A DNA stretch of 64,000 nucleotides, taken from contig NC_091995.1 in NCBI RefSeq assembly GCF_044704955.1, positions 4,898,001 through 4,962,000 on the forward strand. Direction: 5' to 3'. Below, piece by piece: positions 36,715 through 47,882 of this stretch. The notes under the pieces were generated by a model. It ran no database searches and was not told the origin of the DNA. It saw only the letters and a list, made by a program, of their open reading frames with translations. Both the position numbers and the translations under genes were made by a program. How positions within the stretch are numbered: position 1 is the stretch's first letter; each line of letters begins with the position of its first letter. Source of the stretch: Pristiophorus japonicus. Taxonomy: Eukaryota.

Positions 36715-38990
36715 GGGAGGGGCAGTGAACGTGAAAGGGAGGGGGCAATGATCGGGAGAGGGAGGAGGCAGTGATCGGCAGAGGGAGGGGGCAGTGATAG
36801 GGAGAGGGAGGGGGCAGTGATTGGGAGAGGGAGGGGGCAGTAATGAGGAGAGTGAGGGGGCAGCGATGGGGAGAGGGAGGGGGCAGTGATCGGGAGAGGG
36901 CAGTGATCGGGAGAGGGAGAGGCAGTGATCGGGAGAGGGAGGGCGCAGTGATCTGGAGAGGGGTGGCAGTGATGGGGAGAGGGAGGAGGCAGTGATGGGG
37001 AGAAGGAGGGGGCAGCGATCGGGAGAGGGAGGAGCAGTGATGGGGAGAGTGAGGGCGCAGTGATGGGGAGAGGGAGGGGCAGTGATGGGGAGAGGGAGGG
37101 GCAGTGATCGGGAGAGGGAGGGGGCAGTGATGGGGAAAGGGAGGGAGCAGTGATGGGGAGAGGGAGGGGGCAGTAATGAGGAGAGTGAGGGGGCAGCGAT
37201 GGGGAGAGGGAGGGGCAGTGATCGGGAGAGGGCAATGATCGGGAGAGGGAGGGCGCAGTGATCTGGAGAGGGGTGGCAGTGATGGGGAGAGGGAGGAGGC
37301 AGTGATGGGGAGAGGGAGGGGCAGTGATCGGGAGAGGCAGTGATCGGGAGAGGGAGGGCGCAGTGATCTGGAGAGGGGTGGCAGTGATGGGGAGAGGGAG
37401 GAGGCAGTGATGGGGAGAAGGAGGGGGCAGCGATCGGGAGAGGGAGGAGCAGTGATGGGGAGAGTGAGGGCGCAGTGATGGGGAGAGGGAGGGGCAGTGA
37501 TGGGGAGAGGGAGGGGCAGTGATCGGGAGAGGGAGGGGGCAGTGATGGGGAAAGGGAGGGAGCAGTGATGGGGAGAGGGAGGGGGCAGTAATGAGGAGAG
37601 TGAGGGGGCAGCGATGGGGAGAGGGAGGGGCAGTGATCGGGAGAGGGCAATGATCGGGAGAGGGAGGGCGCAGTGATCTGGAGAGGGGTGGCAGTGATGG
37701 GGAGAGGGAGGAGGCAGTGATGGGGAGAGGGAGGGGCAGTGATCGGGAGAGGCAGTGATCGGGAGAGGGAGGGCGCAGTGATCTGGAGAGGGGTGGCAGT
37801 GATGGGGAGAGGGAGGAGGCAGTGATGGGGAGAGGGAGGGGCAGTGATCGGGAGAGGGCAGTGATGGGGAGAGGGAGGAGGCAGTGATGGGGAGAAGGAG
37901 GGGGCAGCGATCGGGAGAGGGAGGAGCAGTGATGGGGAGAGGGAGGGGCAGTGATCGGGAGAGGGCAGTGATCGGGAGAGGGAGGGGCAGTGATCTGGAG
38001 AGGGAGGGGGCAGTGATAGGGGGAGGGAGGGGGCAGTGATGGGGAGAGGGAGGGGGCAGTGATCTGAAGAGGCAGGGGGCTGTGATTGGGAGAGGGATAG
38101 CAGTGATCGGGATAGGGAGGGGCAGTGATGGAAAGAGGGAGGGGACAGTGATGGGGAGAGCGAGAGGGCAGTGATGGAGAGAGGGAGGGGCCAGTGATGG
38201 GGGAGAGGGAGGGGCAGTGATCTGGAGAGGGAGGGGCAGTGATGGGGAAAGGGAGGGAGCAGTGATGGGGAGAGGGAGGGGCAGTGATTGGGAGATGGAG
38301 GGGCAGCGATTGGGAGATGGAGGAGGCAGCGATTGGGAGAGGGAGGGGGGCAGTGATGGGGAGAGGGAGGGGGCAGTAATGGGGAGAGGGAGGGGGGCAG
38401 TAATGGGGAGAGGGAGGGGGCAGTGATGGGGAGAGGGAGGGGGCAGTAATGAGGAGAGGGAGGGGTACTGATGGGGAGACGGATGGGGCAGTAATGGGGA
38501 GAGGGAGGGGGCAGTGATGGGGAGAGGGAGGGGCAGAGATGGGGAGACGGAGGGGGCAGTAATGAGGAGAGGGAGGGGGCAGTGATGGGGAGACAGAGGG
38601 GGCAGTGATCGGGAGAGGGAGGGACAGTGATGGGGAGAGGGAGGGGCAGTGATGGGGAGAGGGAGGAGGCAGTGATGGGGAGATGGAGGGGGCAGTGATC
38701 GGGAGAGGGAGGGACAGTGATGGGGAGAGGGAGGGGCAGTGATGGGGAGAGGGAGGGGGCAGTGAAGGGGGAGACGGAGGGGGCAGTGATGGGGAGATGG
38801 AGGGGGAAGTGATGGGGAGAGGGAGGGGGCAGTGATGGGGAGAGGGAGGGGGCAGTGATGGGGAGAGGGAGGGGCAGTGATGGTGAGATGGAGGGGCAGT
38901 GATGGTGAGACGGAGGGGCAGTGATGGGGAGACGGAGGGGCAGTGATGGGGAGAGAGAGGAGGCAGCGATTGGGAGAGGGAGGGACAATC
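36715..38990 (+). repeat. G-rich minisatellite (~22-23-bp unit gggagagggagggggcagtgat) with higher-order repeats
   Basis: Direct inspection; the marker taatgaggagagtgag recurs at 36841, 37174 and 37589. Confidence 0.97.
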
Positions 38991-39119
38991 AGTGACAGCT
39001 CGAGCTGGGCTGGTCAGGGTTTTCCAGCCCTGCACTGATGCTGGAAGGAACACTCCTGCATTTACCGATTGCACATACAGGTCGTTATTTGTTCGAAAAG
39101 CCTCATGATCCATATCGGT

Positions 39120-42100
39120 CTCCCTCTGAGGTAACCATCATCACAGAAGCCAGTCTTCAGCTAATTTGATTCACTCCACATGATATTAAGAAACGGCTGA
39201 ATGCACTGGATACAGAAAAGGCTATGGGCTCCCACAACATCCTTTCTGCCGTGCTGAGGACTTGTGCTCCAGAACCTCTAGCTGAGCTGCATCAGTACAG
39301 CTACAACACTGGCATCTATCCGACAATGTGGAAAATTGGCCTGGTATGTCCTGTCCAAAAAAGCAGGACAAATCCAATCCGGCCAATTACCGGCCCATCA
39401 GTCTACTCTCAATTATCAGCAAAGTGATGTAAGGTGTCATCAACAGTGCTATCCAGTGACACTTGCTCACCAATAACTTGCTCACTGATGCCCAGTTTGG
39501 GTTCCGCCAGGACCACTCGACTCCAGACTTCATTACAGCCTTGGTCCAAACATGGACAAAAGAGCTGAATTCCAGAGGTAAGGTGAGAGTGACTGCCGTT
39601 GACATCAAGGCAGCATTTGACCAAGTGTGGCATCAAGGAGCCCTAGTAAAACTGGAGTCAATGGGAATCAGGGGGAAAACTTTCCACTGGCTGGAGTCAT
39701 ACCTAGCACAAAGGAAGATGGTAGTGGTGGTTGCAGGTCAATCATCACAGCCCCTGGACTTTGCTGCAGATGTTCCTCGGGGCAGTGTGCTAGGCTCAAC
39801 CATCTTCAGTTGCTTCATCAATGATCATCCTTCCATCATAAGGTCAGAAGTGGAGATGTTCGCTGATGATTGCATAGTGGCATTCACAACTGCTCAGATA
39901 AGAACATAACAAATAGGAGCAGGAGTAGGCCATTTGACACCTCGAGCCTGCTCCGCCATTTAATAAGATCATGGCTGATCTGATTTTGGGCTCAGCTCCA
40001 CTTCCCTGGCCACTCCCCATATCCCTTCACTCCCTCAGATAATGAAGTATTCCATTCCCGTATGCAGCAAGACCTGAACGACATTCAGGCTTGGGCTGAT
40101 GAGTAAAGCAAATTACAGGAGGACATCAATAAACTTGCAGAATTTGCTTTGAAATTGGCAAATGAAATTCAACCCAGATAAATGTAAGGTATTACATTTT
40201 GGTAGGAAGAATAGAAAGGTCACTTATTACTTGGAGGGTGCGAGTCTGGGTGAGGAAAGTGGAACAAAAGAATCTCGGAGTACAAATACACAAATTGCTA
40301 AAAGTTGTGACACAGGTTAGCAGGGCCATAAGAAAGCAAACCAAGCACTCGAGTTTTTTTCTAGAGGTATAGAATTGAAAAGAAGGGAAGTTATGCTGAA
40401 CCTGTATCGAACCTTGGTTAGACCACACGTAGAGTACTGTGTACAGGTCTGGTCGCCATATTATACAAAGGATAACAAGGCACTGGAGGGTGCAGAGAAG
40501 ATTTACAAGGATTATACCAGAAATGCGAGGATATACATATCAGGAAAGGATGAACAGGCTGGGTCTCTTTTCTCTTGAAGAAAGAAGGCTAATGGGCTTT
40601 CTAATAGAGGTCTTTAAAATTATGAAAGGTTTTGTTGGAGTGGATACAGGGAGAATATTTCCACTTTGGGGAAGAGCATAACTAGAGACCAGCAATATAA
40701 TATAGTCACCAAGAAATCCAATGGGGAATTCAGAAGAAAATTATTTCCCCAAAGAGTGGTGAGAATGTGGAACTCACTTCCATTGGGAATAATTGAAGTG
40801 AATACTATAAGGGGAGGTAGGACAAGCATATGAGGGAGAAGGGAATAGAGGGTTATGCTGATAGCCTTAGATGACCAAAGACGGGAGGAGGCTCGGGCGG
40901 AGCATAAACGCCCACATGGACTGGTTGGGTCGAAACGCCTGTTTCTATACCGTATATCATATGTAACCCTGTATAACATCCGCACCATACAAGTGTCAGA
41001 CAATGACTGCCTCCAACTAGCGAGCATCTAACCACTGCCCCTTGACATTCAATGGCATTACCATCGGCAAATCACCCACCATCAATAGCCTGGGAGTCAC
41101 CATTGACCAAAAACTTAACTGGACCAGCCACATAAATACTGTGGCTACAAGAGCAGGTTAGAGGCTGTATCTCGTGACGAGTGTCTCACCTTCTGACTCT
41201 CCAAAGTCTTTCCACCATCTACAAGGCACAAGTCAGGAGTGTGATAGAATACTCTCCACTTTCCTGGATGTGTGCAGATCCAACAACACTCAAGAAGCTC
41301 GACACCATCCAGGACAAAGCAGCCCGCTTGATCGGCACCCCACCCACCACCTTCAACATTCAGTCCCTCCACCGGCGCACCATGGCTGCAGTGTGTACCA
41401 TCTACAACAGGATGGGAAATTATTTGGGCTGGAGGGCCACTTAGTAAGTTGTGGTGAGCTGTTGAGGGCCGCCCCCCCCCCCCCCCCTCAATGTTCAACC
41501 AATCACGCGATCCCCGGCTCCTGCCGCTGGAAGAGATATTGCGCATGTGCGGCTGCATCGTGGCCGGGCGTGCAGCAAATTTAAAGGGACCGTGTGCAAA
41601 ATTAGAGGGAACATGGCATAACATGAACATTGCATGAACACAAACACGTATTGAATACTGCTTGTTAATGAATTAAAGATAAAAGTTGAAAGTGTTGTGG
41701 TATCTCCTGGTCTCTGTAACTCAGTGCTGTGAAATAGAACTGTTCCCTCTTTAGAGCCTGTGTCAGCATCAATTCCCCACCTCAGGCATCCTCATGTCCC
41801 GCTGCAAAGATGACTAATGCGGTCCCAATTGCTGCCAGATGAGAACTCCTCTGCCGTCGTACTCTGGATACCGGGAGAGGAAAGATGCAGCCCCGTCACT
41901 TTCTTCGATAAAAGATTTGCGGAGATGAGCAGCCATGACTCCACTCTAAATGGAATAGGGCATATTCCAGTAGGCAGTGCATTCTGGGTACGGACGTCCG
42001 CCATTTGGGCCGGAATTATGGAACGGATCTTTTTAAAATCGGACCAGGGAGAATCGCTTTTGCGAATTATTCATTTGAATCATGTATTACTATGTTTTTG

Positions 42101-42690
42101 CTTGGCTGCAGTTCCGTATGTATCTGACCCATGAGAAATGAATGTGACGAAATAAAAGCAGAACATGCTGAAAATCTCAGCATATGTGGAGAGAGAAACA
42201 TAGTTAACGTTTTAGGTCGATGGCCCTTCGTCAGACGAATGTGCAGCTCGAGCTCTGGCTCACGTTCTATTTCTGTCCCATCAAATAGGCCGGAGAGAAT
42301 GACTTGGCGGGCCGGATATGGCCAGCCCGCGGGCCATATTTTGCCCACCACTGATCGACACGATGCACTGCAGTAACTCGCCAAGGCTAGTTTGGCAGCA
42401 CCCCCCAAACACACGACCTCTACCACCAAGAAGGGCAAGGGCAGCAGGCGCTCCACGTTCTCCTCCAAGTCACACACCATCCTGACTTGGAAATATATCG
42501 GAGTTCCTTCATCGTCGCTGGGTCAAAATCCTGGAACTCCCTTCCCAACAGCACTGTGGGATTACCTGCACCACACGGACTGCAGCGCTTCAAAAAGGCG
42601 GCTCACCACCTCCTTCTCAAGGACAACTGGGGATGGGCAATAAATGCTGGCATTGCCAGCCACGCCCACATCCCATGAACGAATAAAAAA
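39120..42690 (+). mobile_element. Degenerate CR1-group/jockey-like LINE, interrupted by CR1 pieces (~39900-40035, 40105-40975) and the hAT copy
   Basis: QFGFRQDHSTPD...DIKAAFDQVWHQG...FADD; IYKAQVRSVIEYS; 3' tail ggatgggcaataaatgctggc...cccatgaacgaataaaaaa. Confidence 0.8.
41408..42352 (-). mobile_element. Second copy of the non-autonomous hAT-like element
   Basis: caggatgggaa...ttgcccaccactg termini; degenerate 8-bp TSD atctacaa/atcgacac; inverted homology to 34551-35340. Confidence 0.7.
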
Positions 42691-43593
42691 ACCTACTCTC
42701 TCAATATGTCCTGCCACCTTCAAAGATCTATGCACGTGAATCCCCAGATGCCTCTGTCCCTGCACACTCTTTAGAACTGTGCCACGTAGTCTATATTGCG
42801 TCTTTTTATCCCCTGTGCCAAAATGCATCAGCTCATACTTCTCTGTATTACATTCCATCTGCCACTTGTCTGCCCATTCTGCCAGTTTATGTCCTGTTGC
42901 AGTCGATTGGTATTATCCTCACTGTTGCCACACCTCCAAGTTTGGTATCATCAGCACATTTTGAAATTTTACTCCCTATTCCAATATCATAGTCATTTGT
43001 ATATATATCAAAATAAGCAGCGGTCCTAGCACTAATCCCTGAGGAACACCACTGAGCACCATAACTCCACTCTGAAAAACAACCATTCACCATGTCTCGC
43101 TGTTTCCATTCCTTGAGCCAATTTCTTGTTTGTCAAAAGCCTTCCTAAAATCCATATAGACAACATCCACTGCATTCCCTTCATCAACCCTCTCTGTTAC
43201 TTCATCAAAAAATCATTTGGATTAGTTAAACACGAATTGCCTTTTACAAATCCGTGCTGGCTCTCCTTAATTAACTTAAACCTATCCAAGTGCCTGCTAA
43301 TTTTTCCCTGATTATTGTTTTTAAAACCATAGCCACCACTGATGTAAAACTGACCGGCCTGTAGTTACTCGGAATGTCCTTACATCCTTTCTTGAACAAG
43401 GGTGTCATATTTGTCACTTTCCAATCCCCTGGCACCTTCCCCACAACTAGGGAAGATTGGAAGATTATGGCAAGCCCTTTCACTATCTCCACCCATAGAT
43501 AGATAGAAACATAGAAAATAGGTGCAGGAGTAGGCCATTCGGCCCTTCTAGCCTGCACCGCCATTCAATGAGTTCATGGCTGAACATTCAACT

Positions 43594-46500
43594 TCAGTAC
43601 CCCATTCCTGCTTTCTCGCCATACCCCTTGATCCCCCTAGCAGTAAGGACCTCATCTAACTCCTTTTTGAATATATTTAGTGAATTGGCCTCAACAACTT
43701 TCTGTGGTAGAGAATTCCACAGGTTCACCACTCTCTGGGTGAAGAAGTTCCTCCGCATCTCGGTCCTAAATGGCTTACCCCTTATCCTTAGACTGTGACC
43801 CCTGGTTCTGGACTTCCCCAACATTGGGAACATTCTTCCTGCATCTAACCTGTCTAACCCCGTCAGAATTTTATATGTTTCTATGAGGTCCCCTCTCATT
43901 CTTCTGAACTCCAGTGAATACAAGCCCAGTTGATCCAGTCTTTCTTGATAGGTCAGTCCCGCCATCCCGGGAATCAGTCTGGTGAACCTTCGCTGCACTC
44001 CCTCAATAGCAAGAATGTCCTTCCTCAGGTTAGGAGACCAAAACTGTACACAATACTCCAGGTGTGGCCTCACCAATGCCCTGTACAACTGTAGCAACAC
44101 CTCCCTGCCCCTGTACTCAAATCCCCTTGCTATGAAGGCCAACATGCCATTTGCTTTCTTAACCGCCTGCTGCACCTGCATGCCAACCTTCAATGACTGA
44201 TGTACCATGACACCCAGGTCTCTTTGCACCTCCCCTTTTCCTAATCTGTCACCATTCAGATAATAGTCTGTCTCTCTGTTTTTACCACCAAAGTGGATAA
44301 CCTCACATTTATCCACATTATACTTCATCTGCCATGCATTTGCCCACTCACCTAACCTATCCAAGTCGCTCTGCAGCCTCACAGCATCCTCCTCGCAGCT
44401 CACACTGCCACCCAACTTAGTGTCATCCGCAAATTTGGAGATACTACATTTAATTCCCTCATCTAAATCATTAATGTACAGTGTAAACAGCTGGGGCCCC
44501 AGCACAGAACCTTGCGGTACCCCACTAGTCACTGCCTGCCATTCTGAAAAGTACCCATTTACTCCTACTCTTTGCTTCCTGTCTGACAACCAGTTCTCAA
44601 TCCATGTCAGTACACTACCCCCAATCCCATGTGCTCTAACTTTGCACATCAATCTCTTGTGTGGGACCTTGTCGAACGCCTTCTGAAAGTCCAAATATAC
44701 CACATCAACTGGTTCTCCCTTATCCACTCTACTGGAAACATCCTCAAAAAATTCCAGAAGATTTGTCAAGCATGATTTCCCTTTCACAAATCCATGCTGA
44801 CTTGGACCTATCATGTCACCTCTTTCCAAATGCACTGCTATGACATCCTTAATAATTGATTCCATCATTTTACCCACTACCGATGTCAGGCTGACCGGTC
44901 TATAATTCCCTGTTTTCTCTCTCCCTCCTTTTTTAAAAAGTGGGGTTACATTGGCTACCCTCCACTCCATAGGAACTGATCCAGAGTCAATGGAATGTTG
45001 GAAAATGACTGTCAACGCATCCACTATTCCCAAGGCCACCTCCTTAAGTACTCTGGGATGCAGTCCATCAGGCCCTGGGGATTTATCGGCCTTCAATCCC
45101 ATCAATTTCCCCAACACAATTTCCCGGCTAATAAGGATTTCCCTCAGTTCCTCCTCCTTACTAGACCCCCCGACCCCTTTTATAACCGGAAGGTTGTTCG
45201 TGTCCTCCTTCGTGAATACCGAACCAAAGTACTTGTTCAATTGGTCCGCCATTTCTTTGTTCCCCGTTATGACTTCCCCTGATTCTGACTGCAGGGGACC
45301 TACATTTGTCTTTACTAACCTTTTTCTCTTTACATATCTATAGAAACTTTTGCAATCCGTCTTAATGTTCCCTGCAAGCTTCTTCTCATACTCCATTTTC
45401 CCTGCCCTAATCAAACCCTTTGTCCTCCTCTGCTGAGTTCTAAATTTCTCCCAGTCCCCAGGTTCGCTGCTATTTCTGGCCAATTTGTATGCCACTTCCT
45501 TGGCTTTAATACTATCCCTGATTTCCCTTGATAGCCACGGTTGAGCCACCTTCCCTTTTTTATTTCTATGCCAGACAGGAATGTACAATTGTTGTAGTTC
45601 ATCCATGCGGTCTCTAAATGTCTGCCATTGCCCATCCACAGTCAACCCCTTAAGTATCATTCGCCAATCCATCTCAGCCAATTCACGCCTCATACCTTCA
45701 AAGTTAGCCTTCTTTAAGTTCTGGACCATGGTCTCTGAATTAACTGTTTCATTCTCCATCCTAATGCAGAATTCCACCATATTATGGTCACTCTTCCCCA
45801 AGGGGCCTCGCACAACGAGATTGCTAATTAATCCTTTCTCATTACATAACACCCAGTCTAAGATGGCCTCCCCCCTAGTTGGTTCCTCGACATATTGGTC
45901 TAAAAAACCATCCCTTATGCACTCCAGAAAATCCTCCTCCACCGTATTGCTTCCAGTTTGGTTAGCCCAATCTATGTGCATATTAAAGTCACCCATTATA
46001 ACTGCTGCACCTTTATTGCACGCACCCCTAATTTCCTGTTTGATGCCCTCCCCAACATCACTACTACTGTTTGGAGGTCTGTACACAACTCCCACTAACG
46101 TTTTTTGCCCTTTGGTGTTCTGCAGCTCTACCCATATAGATTCCACATCATCCAAGCTAATGTCCTTCCTAACTATTGCCTTAATCTCCTCCTTAACCAG
46201 CAATGCTACCCCACCTCCTTTTCCTTTTATTCTATCCTTCCTGAATGTTGAATACCCCTGGATGTTGAGTTCCCAGCCCTGCTCATCCTGGAGCCACGTC
46301 TCCGTAATCCCAATCACATCATATTTGTTAACATCTATTTGCACAGTTAATTCATCCACCTTATTGCGGATACTCCTTGCATTAAGACACAAAGCCTTTA
46401 GGCTTGTTTTTTTAACACCCTCTGTCCTTTTAGAATTTTGCTGTACAATGGCCCTTTTTGTTCTTTGCCTTGGGTTTCTCTGCCCTCCACTTTTCCTCAT
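43594..46500 (-). CDS. CR1 ORF2p, APE endonuclease + reverse transcriptase, 968 aa, uninterrupted
   Basis: LNARSI, ITETWL, MGDFN, SDH, NYRPVSLTS, YLDFQKAFD, GVPQGSVLGP, FADD. Confidence 0.95.
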   Translation of the reverse strand: MRKSGGQRNPRQRTKRAIVQQNSKRTEGVKKTSLKALCLNARSIRNKVDELTVQIDVNKYDVIGITETWLQDEQGWELNIQGYSTFRKDRIKGKGGGVALLVKEEIKAIVRKDISLDDVESIWVELQNTKGQKTLVGVVYRPPNSSSDVGEGIKQEIRGACNKGAAVIMGDFNMHIDWANQTGSNTVEEDFLECIRDGFLDQYVEEPTRGEAILDWVLCNEKGLISNLVVRGPLGKSDHNMVEFCIRMENETVNSETMVQNLKKANFEGMRRELAEMDWRMILKGLTVDGQWQTFRDRMDELQQLYIPVWHRNKKGKVAQPWLSREIRDSIKAKEVAYKLARNSSEPGDWEKFRTQQRRTKGLIRAGKMEYEKKLAGNIKTDCKSFYRYVKRKRLVKTNVGPLQSESGEVITGNKEMADQLNKYFGSVFTKEDTNNLPVIKGVGGSSKEEELREILISREIVLGKLMGLKADKSPGPDGLHPRVLKEVALGIVDALTVIFQHSIDSGSVPMEWRVANVTPLFKKGGREKTGNYRPVSLTSVVGKMMESIIKDVIAVHLERGDMIGPSQHGFVKGKSCLTNLLEFFEDVSSRVDKGEPVDVVYLDFQKAFDKVPHKRLMCKVRAHGIGGSVLTWIENWLSDRKQRVGVNGYFSEWQAVTSGVPQGSVLGPQLFTLYINDLDEGIKCSISKFADDTKLGGSVSCEEDAVRLQSDLDRLGEWANAWQMKYNVDKCEVIHFGGKNRETDYYLNGDRLGKGEVQRDLGVMVHQSLKVGMQVQQAVKKANGMLAFIARGFEYRGREVLLQLYRALVRPHLEYCVQFWSPNLRKDILAIEGVQRRFTRLIPGMAGLTYQERLDQLGLYSLEFRRMRGDLIETYKILTGLDRLDAGRMFPMLGKSRTRGHSLRIRGKPFRTEMRRNFFTQRVVNLWNSLPQKVVEANSLNIFKKELDEVLTARGIKGYGEKAGMGY

Positions 46501-46562
46501 CTCCTTTCTGTCTTTTGTTTTTGCCTCTATCTCCCTGCATTGGTTCCCATCCCCCTGCCATA

Positions 46563-47510
46563 TTAGTTTAACTCCTCCCCAACAGCACTAGCAAACACTC
46601 CCCCGAGGACATTGGTTCCGATTCTGCCCAGGTGCAGACCGTCCGGATTGTACTGGTCCCACCTCCCCCAGAACCGGTTCCAATGCCCCAGGAATTTGAA
46701 TCCCTCCCTGCTGCACCATTGCTCAAGCCACGTATTCATCTGAGCTATCCTGCGATTCCTACTCTGACTAGCACGTGGCACTGGTAGCAATCCCGAGATT
46801 ACTACTTTTGAGGTCCTACTTTTTAATTTAGCTCCTAGCTCCTTAAATTCATTTCGTAGGAACTCATCCCTTTTTTTACCTATGTCATTGGTACCAACGT
46901 GCACCACGACAACTGGCTGTTCTCCCTCCCTTTTTAGAATGTCCTCCACCCGCTCCGAGACATCCTTGACCCTTGCACCAGGGAGGCAACATACCATCCT
47001 GGAGTCTCGGTTGCGGCCGCAGAAACGCCTATCTATTCCCCTTACAATTGAATCCCCTATCACTATCGCTCTTCCACTCTTTTTCCTGCCCTCCTGTGCA
47101 ACAGAGCCAGCCACGGTGCCATGAACTTGGCTGCTGCTGCCCTCCCCTGATGAGTCATCCCCCTCAACAGTACTCAAAGCGGTGTATCTGTTTTGCAGGG
47201 GGATGACCACAGGGGACCCCTGCACTACCTTCCTTGCACTACTCTTCCTGCTGGTCTTCCATTCCCTCGCTGGCTGTGGACCCTTCTCCTGCAGTAAGAC
47301 CAACTCGCTACACGTGATACTCACGTCATTCTCAGCATCGTGGATGCTCCAGAGTGAATCCACCTTCAGCTCCAACTCCGCAACGCGGACCGTCAGTAGC
47401 CGGAGGTGGACACACTTCCCGCACATGTAGTCGTCAGGGACACTGGTGTTGTCCCCGTGTTCCCACATGGTACAGGAGGAGCATATCACGTGACCGAGCT
47501 GTCCTGCCAT
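46563..47510 (-). CDS. CR1 ORF1p with N-terminal Cys cluster/leucine zipper and SGNH esterase domain, 315 aa
   Basis: CSSCTMW..CGKC; IGDSIVR, HVGTND, DGLHL (GDSL/SGNH blocks). Confidence 0.92.
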   Translation of the reverse strand: MAGQLGHVICSSCTMWEHGDNTSVPDDYMCGKCVHLRLLTVRVAELELKVDSLWSIHDAENDVSITCSELVLLQEKGPQPAREWKTSRKSSARKVVQGSPVVIPLQNRYTALSTVEGDDSSGEGSSSQVHGTVAGSVAQEGRKKSGRAIVIGDSIVRGIDRRFCGRNRDSRMVCCLPGARVKDVSERVEDILKREGEQPVVVVHVGTNDIGKKRDEFLRNEFKELGAKLKSRTSKVVISGLLPVPRASQSRNRRIAQMNTWLEQWCSREGFKFLGHWNRFWGRWDQYNPDGLHLGRIGTNVLGGVFASAVGEELN

Positions 47511-47696
47511 GACTTAACCCTTAGATACACTTAAATTGCCGACAACAATGTTAAAAGTTACTGACTAATAAAGAAAAAGAAAAACTACTCACCAATCAGC
47601 AGCCAATCACTTACCACGTTGGCTGTGACGTCACCTTTTGATTTCTTTCTACTTCTTTTTTGACTTCTCTCAGCTGGAGCTGCACCGGTACCCAGA

Positions 47697-47882
47697 CTGC
47701 TGAGCCTTTTATAGGCCGCTGCCTCTCTCAACTCCCGCCTCTCTCGACGCTCCCCGGACTGCTGAGCCTTTTATAGGCCGCTGCCTCTCTCAACTCCCGC
47801 CTCTCTCGACGCTCCCCGGACTGCTGAGCCTTTTATAAGCCGCTGCCTCTCTCGACTCCCGCCTCTCTCGATGCTCCCCGGA
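47697..47882 (-). repeat. Three 62-bp tandem units at the CR1 5' end
   Basis: ctgctgagccttttataggccgctgcctctctcaactcccgcctctctcgacgctccccgga starting at 47697, 47759 and 47821. Confidence 0.95.

Larger units (their letters stand above)
43496..47882 (-). mobile_element. Full-length, apparently intact CR1 LINE
   Basis: 5' UTR with tandem repeats, open ORF1 and ORF2, 3' UTR ending tttctatgtttctatctatctat. Confidence 0.95.

Noticed and set aside
36603-39113. 836-aa and 760-aa Pro/Ser/His-rich ORFs
   Set aside because: Translations of a stop-free minisatellite, open in several frames.
45581-46591. 336-aa ORF antisense to CR1 ORF2
   Set aside because: Antisense shadow of an intact ORF; no recognisable domain.
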